A stretch of 64,000 nucleotides of DNA from an uncultured Gammaproteobacteria bacterium. Its GTDB lineage: Bacteria; Patescibacteriota; Microgenomatia; UBA8517. Below the pieces are notes generated by a model, which ran no database searches, was not told the DNA's origin, and saw nothing but the letters and a program-made list of their open reading frames with translations. Of this stretch, positions 1-7,151 are shown piece by piece. A program made the translations under genes and the position numbers. The first letter of the stretch is position 1. The number at the start of each line of letters is the position of its first letter. Location of the stretch: positions 43,206-107,205 of the forward strand of contig CAYSZS010000001.1 of NCBI GenBank assembly GCA_964435575.1. Direction: 5' to 3'.

Positions 1-695
1 TTAAAGTTAAGGATGATAAAGGGAATGAGCTTACATTAAGTGGGATTTTAGCTGGAGGTGGTTTTAAATCGTTTGACTGGAGTAATAGATTGAATAACGC
101 TGGCGATGTTGTGTGGTTGGTTAAAGTTTCAGATGATTCCGTAATCGAGGAATTAAAGTATGGAGAGAAGGGAGGAGTTTGTGTACCAAGTAACGAAAGT
201 GGTTCTATAGGAAAATTGACAGATGGGGCAAGTGGTTCAGAAAGGTTGGAAAGGTTTTCAAAAGACTCAAAAGGATCATCTAATAATAACGGTGTGATAG
301 ATCCATGTCCAACGCCTACGCCTGAGCCAACCGATTCTCCCACTCCAACCACAAAGCCTACAAATACGCCAATACCTAAGCCTACGAGTACGAGTGTGCC
401 TACGTCTAAACCTAAAGCCACAACTACTTTTACTGTTGTTCCCACGATAAAGCAGGAAGATGGTCAGGAAACGGGTGAAGGGCAGACACTTAAATTGGGG
501 GGTGACACTACCAACGAAGTTCTTGGCATAAAAGATGTCGGCGAAAAAGAGTCAGAAACTGCCAATGAAGAAGCGGATAAAAAATTTCCATTTTTAGCCT
601 TAATTCCTATCATATTAGGCGTCACATTAATGGGTAGTTCTTTTTACTATTTTCTAAGAAAGAGAAAAAAAGATTATAATTCTGATGGTGAATAG
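1..695 (+). CDS. 5'-truncated surface protein: lamin-tail-like domain end, Pro/Thr linker, C-terminal TM helix and basic tail
   Basis: The frame is open from the window edge (KVKDDKGNELTLSG...RLNNAGDVVWL). LNNxGD is typical of lamin-tail domains. PTPTPEPT linker, then hydrophobic FPFLALIPIILGVTLMG followed by RKRKK. Confidence 0.65.
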   Translation, partial: KVKDDKGNELTLSGILAGGGFKSFDWSNRLNNAGDVVWLVKVSDDSVIEELKYGEKGGVCVPSNESGSIGKLTDGASGSERLERFSKDSKGSSNNNGVIDPCPTPTPEPTDSPTPTTKPTNTPIPKPTSTSVPTSKPKATTTFTVVPTIKQEDGQETGEGQTLKLGGDTTNEVLGIKDVGEKESETANEEADKKFPFLALIPIILGVTLMGSSFYYFLRKRKKDYNSDGE

Positions 696-1122
696 TAATT
701 TGAAAAATAAAATTTTTCGGTTTATTAAATATTGGCTACCTGTATTTATATGGCTCATCATCATTTTTGCTTTTTCAAATAATCCGACGGTAAGGGCTTC
801 CGAAATTCATTGGCGGGATTTTAGTGTCAAGAAGTCGGCTCATGTTATTATCTACGCCATTCTTTCCACTCTGATCTATCGAGCTCTAAAGTCGAATAAT
901 GTTGAGATGAAAAAAACAGGTTATATTTCAGTATTTCTGGCGTCATTTTATGGTATTACAGACGAATTTCACCAATCCTTTACTCCAGGACGTGATCCGA
1001 CTTTTAGAGACATAATTTTTGATACGATTGGTGCCACTTTAGCAATTTATTTTATTTGGAAATTATTGCCTAAGATGCCGGAAAAAGTTAGGCTTTGGGC
1101 AAAAAAACTTGAAATTACATAA
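685..1122 (+). CDS. VanZ family membrane protein
   Basis: KxAH...Y and YGITDEFHQSFTPGR...D motifs with several TM segments. Confidence 0.85.
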   Translation: MVNSNLKNKIFRFIKYWLPVFIWLIIIFAFSNNPTVRASEIHWRDFSVKKSAHVIIYAILSTLIYRALKSNNVEMKKTGYISVFLASFYGITDEFHQSFTPGRDPTFRDIIFDTIGATLAIYFIWKLLPKMPEKVRLWAKKLEIT

Positions 1123-1123
1123 T

Positions 1124-2128
1124 ATGAAAAAGATATTAGTAACAGGGGGTGGGGGTTACATTGGATCTGTTGCAACCCACCTGCTTCTTCAAGAGGGATA
1201 CGAAGTTGTGGTTATCGACAACTTTTCTACGGGATATAGGCAGCCACTGAAAATGCTTAAGTCCAAGTATAAGTCTAAGTTGAGTTACTACGAAGCTGAT
1301 TTAAGAGACGATTTAACTCGCGTTTTTTATAAGGAAAAGGGGATTGGAGCAGTACTTCATTACGCCGCGTCATGCAGTGTGAACGAATCTATGGAGAACC
1401 CCGAAAAATATTTCCTTAACAATGTTTGCGGATCACAAAATTTGCTTTCGACGATGCTTAAATACAGGGTAAAAAAAATAGTTTTTTCTTCAACATGCGC
1501 TGTTTATGGAGAGGCTAGATATGTGCCAATAGACGAGAACCATCCAACCAGTCCATCAAATCCGTATGGTGAAAGCAAATTGATGATTGAGAAAATGCTT
1601 CGGTGGTATGGGAAGCTCAAGGGTTTAAATTATGTAATCTTAAGATATTTTAATGTTTGTGGAGCAAGCGATGATGCTGAAGTTGGAGATTCTAAAAGTC
1701 CCTCCGTCCTTTTGGTACAAAACGCCGTAAAGGGGGCATTAGGAATAGAGTCGTTTTTTCTGACTTGTCCAAAAGTTGATACGCCTGATGGGACGCCAAT
1801 TAGAGACTATATAAATGTAGTTGATTTAAATGAGGCGCACATTTTAGCTTTGGAGCATCTCTTTAGAGGGGGAAAAAACGAAACTATCAACTTGGGGACG
1901 GGTAAAGGAAATTCTGTTTTGGAAATAGTCAATGTAGTTCAGAAAATAACGGGCGTGAGATTTGATTTACAAAAAGGCGTGGTGAGAAAAGGAGAGTATG
2001 CAAAAATGATCGCGGATATAAAAAAAGCAAAAAGGATTTTGGGTTGGAAACCGAAAAGAAGTCTGGAAGATTCTGTAAAATCTTTAATAAAATGGTATAA
2101 GAAATATCCTTATGGATGGAATAAATAG
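1124..2128 (+). CDS. galE: UDP-glucose 4-epimerase
   Basis: GGGGYIGS NAD motif, FSSTCAVYG, YGESK (YxxxK), LRYFNVCGA, DGTPIRDYI. Start taken at ATG 1124. Confidence 0.9.
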   Translation: MKKILVTGGGGYIGSVATHLLLQEGYEVVVIDNFSTGYRQPLKMLKSKYKSKLSYYEADLRDDLTRVFYKEKGIGAVLHYAASCSVNESMENPEKYFLNNVCGSQNLLSTMLKYRVKKIVFSSTCAVYGEARYVPIDENHPTSPSNPYGESKLMIEKMLRWYGKLKGLNYVILRYFNVCGASDDAEVGDSKSPSVLLVQNAVKGALGIESFFLTCPKVDTPDGTPIRDYINVVDLNEAHILALEHLFRGGKNETINLGTGKGNSVLEIVNVVQKITGVRFDLQKGVVRKGEYAKMIADIKKAKRILGWKPKRSLEDSVKSLIKWYKKYPYGWNK

Positions 2129-2157
2129 CTACACGGTTATATGGATATAAGGCTCTT

Positions 2158-2186
2158 TTGACAAATCGTCAAGAATTGTATATTTT
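2158..2186 (+). promoter_or_regulatory. sigma70-like promoter, probably leaderless transcript of the S8 protease
   Basis: TTGACA (2158-2163), 17 nt spacer, TATTTT (2181-2186), ATG at 2193. A TTGAC-N5-GTCAA inverted repeat overlaps the -35. Confidence 0.55.
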
Positions 2187-2192
2187 TAGGCA

Positions 2193-3590
2193 ATGAAGAA
2201 AGTAATACTTTTGGTTTTATTAATCTTTTTTGCTTTAACCATTTTCAAAACAACTTCATTTAAAGAAACTATCTATGCTTCAAAGAGCGTTGATATAGAA
2301 TCTGAAAGGCTTATTGTTAAGTTCAGACGCTTTACCCCGAATATTTTTAGAGAGAAAGCTCTTGAAAGTGCGAAAGCGAACTATTCCGAAGACCTAAGGC
2401 TAAGTGACACGAAAGTGATCCAAGTTCCAAAGGGAGAGTTTTCAAACGCAGCAAAAACCCTTAAAAAGAATATTTTTGTTGAGTATGTTGAGCAAGACTT
2501 TATTGCTGAGACTCAAGAAATGCCCAATGACCCTTATTTCCCGAACCAATGGGGTTTGGAGAAGATAAATGCAAAGGGCGGTTGGGATAAAAGCCATGGA
2601 TTAAATTCAATTGATGTCGCAATTGTTGACACCGGTGTTAACAATTCACATCCTGACTTAGCCGGCAAAATTTCAGCTTCAGTAAATTGCATTTATTCTT
2701 CCTGTCCTGGTTTTACTACAAACGATCCCGACGGACACGGAACGCACGTTGCTGGAATTGCAGCCGGAATAACCAATAATAGTCAGGGAATAGCAGGACT
2801 TTTGTGGGAGGGGAGAATTATGTCTGTAAAAGCTCTGGATGATACAGGAAATGGTTACTACTCCTGGATTGCCAATGGAATAGTTTGGGCGGCCGATAAT
2901 GGAGCAGAAGTCATTAATCTTTCACTCGGAGGAAATTCCAATTCATCAACACTGGCAAATGCGGTTACCTATGCCTGGAATAAAGGGTCTGTCTTGGTTG
3001 CCGCAGCGGGAAACAGTTCTAGCACTTCGCCGAAATACCCTGCTTATTTCTCTAATGTGATTGCAGTTTCCGCAACTGATCAAAACGACGCAAAAGCGTA
3101 CTTTTCGAACTATGGCTCTTGGGTTGAACTAGCGGCACCGGGAGTTTCTATTCTTTCGACATACGAAAATGGTTATGAATATCTTTCGGGGACATCTATG
3201 GCGACGCCTTTTGTTTCAGGACTTGCTGCGCTTATCTTTGCCCAAAATCCTCTCTGGGATAACAAAGACGTAAGAACTCAAATTGAGTCAACAGCAGATA
3301 AAATCGATGGCACGGAGAGCTTTTGGCAATTTGGAAGAATTAATGTCTGCAAGGCACTTGGTTGCATTATTTCAGGATTGACTCCTACACCGACGCCGGG
3401 GGTTTTGCCAACTGCTACATTGACGCCTACATCTAACCCTACACCGATACCAAGTCTGACTCCTACGCTTACTTCAACGCCTACATTAACGCCAACGCCC
3501 TCCCCAACTCCGTCAGTTACTCCTACTCCTACACCGCAAAACCTTCCCTGGTGGTGTAAATATGTCCCCTGGCACTACACTTGTCAATAA
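2193..3590 (+). CDS. secreted S8 subtilisin/thermitase-like serine protease with Pro/Thr-rich C-terminal tail
   Basis: Signal peptide, propeptide, catalytic motifs [11 protein letters not shown] and GTSMATP, oxyanion AAAGN, then PT repeats and a [13 protein letters not shown] end. Confidence 0.92.
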   Translation: MKKVILLVLLIFFALTIFKTTSFKETIYASKSVDIESERLIVKFRRFTPNIFREKALESAKANYSEDLRLSDTKVIQVPKGEFSNAAKTLKKNIFVEYVEQDFIAETQEMPNDPYFPNQWGLEKINAKGGWDKSHGLNSIDVAIVDTGVNNSHPDLAGKISASVNCIYSSCPGFTTNDPDGHGTHVAGIAAGITNNSQGIAGLLWEGRIMSVKALDDTGNGYYSWIANGIVWAADNGAEVINLSLGGNSNSSTLANAVTYAWNKGSVLVAAAGNSSSTSPKYPAYFSNVIAVSATDQNDAKAYFSNYGSWVELAAPGVSILSTYENGYEYLSGTSMATPFVSGLAALIFAQNPLWDNKDVRTQIESTADKIDGTESFWQFGRINVCKALGCIISGLTPTPTPGVLPTATLTPTSNPTPIPSLTPTLTSTPTLTPTPSPTPSVTPTPTPQNLPWWCKYVPWHYTCQ

Positions 3591-3619
3591 TTTTCCCTGT
3601 CTTGCAAATGTAGTGTAGA

Positions 3620-4108
3620 ATGTTTTTTACGATGCACATTTTTGCAGTAATTTTGGCGGTTTGTATTTTGACCGTTGGTTTGATAGTAGCTAGAATTCAA
3701 AACCCATCGTTGAGTAATATTTATCGACAAAAAGAAGTTTTATCCGAGAAAGTATTACCAACACAAACTCCGACATATATACCTACCCCATTTCCAACCT
3801 CAGTTCCCAAAGACACACAAATAGATAGTTATAAATATCCAAACTCTTCTGTCATTTCCTCTTCTGGTAATAGTTTGTCTTTACAAAGTGATGATATGAC
3901 AGATGTAATAACCGGTTGGTATAAAGAAAAAATTGAAAATGAAGGAATGAGTGTTACGACTTTTGTAAAAACCCGCGCAAACGACAAAGTTTTGAATAAG
4001 TTGGTTGGAGTAAAAGAGGACGAGCAAATAAATGTCGAGATAAGTCAGGAGGGAGCTGGACAAACAGTTGACATATCAGTTAGTTTTTTGAATGAAAGTG
4101 ACAACTGA
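3620..4108 (+). CDS. membrane-anchored hypothetical protein
   Basis: N-terminal TM, Pro/Thr linker and a small globular domain. The start may be ATG 3632. Confidence 0.6.
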   Translation: MFFTMHIFAVILAVCILTVGLIVARIQNPSLSNIYRQKEVLSEKVLPTQTPTYIPTPFPTSVPKDTQIDSYKYPNSSVISSSGNSLSLQSDDMTDVITGWYKEKIENEGMSVTTFVKTRANDKVLNKLVGVKEDEQINVEISQEGAGQTVDISVSFLNESDN

Positions 4109-4201
4109 ATTCCCGCTTGACAAGATCTGTGGGCTTGGGTAACATACGTGCAAAGTTCCTTTCTGCCTTCTAGACCACTTTCATTGAATAAACAATTTAA
4201 T

Positions 4202-4969
4202 ATGGCAACCAGAGAAATTACTTTTCAAATACCAACTATTGATAGACTAGAAATCATTAATAGGTTGGCAGATTTTACAAATAAAATTACTTCATTAAAA
4301 AATAGAGTAGGGCATTATCTTAGTGATTTTTTAACAAAACTGAAAGAAAGAAGAAAAGGTAGAGACGAATTTCAGAGTACTTCTTTAGGCAATAAAAGAT
4401 TTGATTTTTCTTCTTCCAAATTAAGAAAACCCTTAAAAAATATACTATTACTAATAATTGCTTTGGCTATAATCTTCGGTATAGGGAAGGTGGTAAGTAG
4501 CATTTCACTACAAAACTCGTCCTCGGGTAAGTTAGAAGTAGAAAAAGCAAAAAAAAGCCAAGTATTAAATAGAGAATTTTCTTTCCCGCTTAAAGACTCA
4601 CAAGGCGAGCAAATCGGAGAAGTGAAATATATGGTGGAAAAAGCGGAGTTAATGGACGAGATTATCGTAGAAGGTAAACGCGCAAAAGCAGTCAAAGGTA
4701 GAATATTTCTTATTTTTACTATTAAAATTTCGAACGGATACACTCAAGCCATAGAGATGAACACGAAAGACTATGCACGCTTATCTGTTAACGGTAATTT
4801 TGATGAATGGCTTGCTCCGGACATTCACAACGACCCAGTTGAAGTACAGGCGATTTCTACAAAGTACACCAGGCTTGGCTTCCCCATTAATGAAAACGAC
4901 AAAAACTTAGTACTTCGAATAGGCGAAATAGAAGGCGAGAAACAAGAAATTCCTCTTGAACTAAAGTAA
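4202..4969 (+). CDS. single-TM hypothetical protein with C-terminal extracytoplasmic beta-rich (DUF4352-like) domain
   Basis: One TM (ILLLIIALAIIFGIG) then a beta-rich domain (FLIFTIKISN...LGFPINE). A TTGACA-17-TAACAT promoter at ~4117-4145 favours ATG 4202 over GTG 4148. Confidence 0.55.
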   Translation: MATREITFQIPTIDRLEIINRLADFTNKITSLKNRVGHYLSDFLTKLKERRKGRDEFQSTSLGNKRFDFSSSKLRKPLKNILLLIIALAIIFGIGKVVSSISLQNSSSGKLEVEKAKKSQVLNREFSFPLKDSQGEQIGEVKYMVEKAELMDEIIVEGKRAKAVKGRIFLIFTIKISNGYTQAIEMNTKDYARLSVNGNFDEWLAPDIHNDPVEVQAISTKYTRLGFPINENDKNLVLRIGEIEGEKQEIPLELK

Positions 4970-4975
4970 AGATTC

Positions 4976-5155
4976 ATGGCGCTTGATTTATCAAATCAAA
5001 AAATATCCGAAGCTTTGATACTAGAGATTAAGGACGCTTTGAAAAGCGTTAAATCTCATGGAAGCGTGGAAATCTATATCCAAGGAGGGCTGGTAACTCA
5101 GATTACTGTGCGTAACATCAAAAAAACTAACAGTAAATTCGGCCAAAAATCCTAA
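4976..5155 (+). CDS. small DUF2292/YezD-like protein (59 aa, absent from the ORF track)
   Basis: Translated by hand: MALDLSNQKISEALILEIKDALKSVKSHGSVEIYIQGGLVTQITVRNIKKTNSKFGQKS. GSVEIYIQxGxVTQI matches the YezD pattern. Confidence 0.7.
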   Translation: MALDLSNQKISEALILEIKDALKSVKSHGSVEIYIQGGLVTQITVRNIKKTNSKFGQKS

Positions 5156-5261
5156 TCCTCATAACTCAAGCAAAAAGGACATAATCCCATCGACGCTTAC
5201 TATACATAACAGAAAATCTATAGAACAGTGGGAACGATTATATCTTTGCAATATTGGCCTA

Positions 5262-5290
5262 TTGACAAAACAAAATGAGCTTGTTATATA
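5262..5290 (+). promoter_or_regulatory. strong sigma70-like promoter for the repeat-protein locus
   Basis: TTGACA (5262-5267), 17 nt spacer, TATATA (5285-5290) with an extended TG. Downstream inverted repeat ATAGATAT-N6-ATATCTAT (5305-5326). Confidence 0.65.
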
Positions 5291-5388
5291 TAAATATCCA
5301 GTCCATAGATATTAACCTATATCTATAATAAAACTGAGTAAAATGTATCTCTGCCCAAATGACATGTAATTTTTTGAGAGCTGGCCGC

Positions 5389-5546
5389 AAACGGAGGCTT
5401 TCCGGTTTGACTTCGTCCAACGGACGATTTTAGTCGAATCGGGGAGTCTCCGTTTTCGTTTGAAAGCGGGGTGTTTAGGGTGAAGTGCCTAGCCCCGTTA
5501 GATGCGTAAGCTATCTAACTGGGGTGACCAAAAAGAAAGGGGGTGA
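5389..5546 (+). promoter_or_regulatory. highly structured 5' leader and strong Shine-Dalgarno
   Basis: 24-bp stem 5389-5412/5432-5455 with five G-U pairs and an inner 6-bp hairpin. GTAA-tetraloop hairpin at 5493-5524. AAAGGGGGTGA at 5536-5546, 9 nt before ATG 5556. Confidence 0.65.
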
Positions 5547-5555
5547 AAATAAATA

Positions 5556-6863
5556 ATGACTAAACTACAGAAGAAAATTGCAACAGCTATTGCAACAGGT
5601 GCACTATTGTTTCAGACTGTTATTCCAGTTTTGGCACAAAGCACAACTTTAGTTATTTCTGGAAACGGTGCAGAGACTGATAACGACATCAATCTTAGTC
5701 AGACAACTACAACAACCGTTGTTCAGAATAACGTGGCAAATATAAGTAACAATGTAGACGCCGACGCTGAAACCGGTGAAAATGATCAAAATTACAATAC
5801 AGGTGGACCTGTATCTCTTACTACGGGCGACGCAACAACAGGAGTTGCTATATCAAATACTGCAAACTCAAACGTTGCCGAGGTAAGTGGTTGTTGCGAT
5901 GTTGATGTTGATGTAGAGATTAGCGATAACGGTTACAAAAGTGATAACACCGCTAATTTGAAACTGGATAATTCGACTGCTTTATTCCAGAACAATTATG
6001 CCTACATCAAGAATGAGGTCGACGCCGAATCTGAAACCGGTGAAAATGATCAAAATTACAACACAGGTGGACCTGTTAGCATGGAAACCGGAGATGCGGA
6101 TACCACTGTTCTTATAGCAAATAAAGCCAATTCCAATTGGGCTAAAATCGGCGACGGAAGTGGTGGTGCATCAGTTAGCTTAAAGATTATTGGTAATGGT
6201 GCAGAAACCGATAACGACATTAATTTGTTGTTCGATCGTTCTTTGTTACTAACCCAGGATAATTACGCTAACATCAAAAATAAAGTAGATGCCGATGCTG
6301 AAACCGGTGAAAATGATCAAAATTACAACACAGGTGGACCTGTTAGCCTGGAAACAGGCGACGCAACTACCGTAGTTGGAATTGATAATTTGGCTAACTT
6401 CAACTTCGCAGATCTTAATTGCGGTTGTCTTTTGGATGTCGTTGCAAAAATAGCCGGTAACGGCTATAACGCAGATAGCGACATAAGCGCAGCTCTTTTA
6501 GATACTAAAGCTGCTTTCCAAACCAACAGCTACGTTTGCGGATATGGTTACCAATTCCCATGGGGTGGAGGAGGTGATTTATCCTTCCCATGGTACGGTT
6601 ATCAGAAGAAAGCCTGTAATGATGTCGACGCAGAAGCTGAAACCGGTGAAAATGATCAAAATAAAAATACCGGTCACAGTGCTGATCCGTCTATGGAAAC
6701 CGGTGACGCTACGACATGGGTCGATATTGAAAACACGGCCAACTCTAACGTTTTGATTGAAGGCGGTTTGGGTTTACCAGAACTTCCAGATTTCGATTTC
6801 GAATTTGATCTTGGATTCAACTGGCTCCTTTGGTGGGGTCTGTTGTCTGGAAATTCAAGCTAA
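5556..6863 (+). CDS. secreted repeat protein A: four ~88-aa Asn/Thr/Gly-rich repeats, putative beta-solenoid surface protein
   Basis: Signal peptide (...VIPVLA|Q). Four copies of [I]xxNGxxxD...QxN..N.V.A.xETGENDQNxNTG...TGDA...N.AN.N. CC/CGC at repeat junctions. Trp-rich hydrophobic C-terminus. Confidence 0.8.
   Translation: MTKLQKKIATAIATGALLFQTVIPVLAQSTTLVISGNGAETDNDINLSQTTTTTVVQNNVANISNNVDADAETGENDQNYNTGGPVSLTTGDATTGVAISNTANSNVAEVSGCCDVDVDVEISDNGYKSDNTANLKLDNSTALFQNNYAYIKNEVDAESETGENDQNYNTGGPVSMETGDADTTVLIANKANSNWAKIGDGSGGASVSLKIIGNGAETDNDINLLFDRSLLLTQDNYANIKNKVDADAETGENDQNYNTGGPVSLETGDATTVVGIDNLANFNFADLNCGCLLDVVAKIAGNGYNADSDISAALLDTKAAFQTNSYVCGYGYQFPWGGGGDLSFPWYGYQKKACNDVDAEAETGENDQNKNTGHSADPSMETGDATTWVDIENTANSNVLIEGGLGLPELPDFDFEFDLGFNWLLWWGLLSGNSS
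5767..6662 (+). repeat. four identical 26-nt intragenic repeats
   Basis: CTGAAACCGGTGAAAATGATCAAAAT at 5767, 6031, 6298 and 6637. Copies 2 and 3 are identical over 50 nt. Confidence 0.9.
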
Positions 6864-6868
6864 GTAGA

Positions 6869-6949
6869 CTTTGGGAACTCGGGGTTGGTCTTCCCGCACT
6901 TCGGAGGACCACCCTGAAGCCCAGAGACAGGTACCGTACGGTACCTGTC
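6869..6949 (+). terminator. long G-U-containing stem-loop plus perfect 24-bp palindrome downstream of repeat protein A (terminator or 3' stabiliser)
   Basis: Nested pairings CTTTGGG/CCCAGAG, TCGGGG/CCCTGA and TGGTCTTCC/GGAGGACCA (6869-6926). GACAGGTACCGTACGGTACCTGTC at 6926-6949. There is no clear U-tract. Confidence 0.5.
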
Positions 6950-7151
6950 CAGAGTTACGGATTAAACGGATTTTATACGGGTTTCACAGATTACAAAATT
7001 AACTAATTAACAGATCACAATATATAAAAAATCTGCCCAAATGAAAATTATTTTTGAAAATATAGAAATTAGGCTGATAAACCAAACTAAAGGGAATGAA
7101 TTCGGACAAGATTTGAGATTTTTACGAAAAATAAAAGATAGGCTAGCAAAT

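Noticed and set aside
5380-5530. Known riboswitch (c-di-GMP, T-box, SAM) or tRNA
   Set aside because: I could not find the conserved motifs of these classes by eye, so it is kept only as an unassigned structured leader.
5767-6662. Four identical 26-nt repeats as a CRISPR array
   Set aside because: Spacing is 264-339 nt, in frame inside an ORF, the intervening sequences are homologous, and no cas genes are present.
7041-7151. ORF-track N-terminal extension of repeat protein B
   Set aside because: The signal peptide begins at ATG 7152, and the upstream ATG lies within the shared 13-nt motif.
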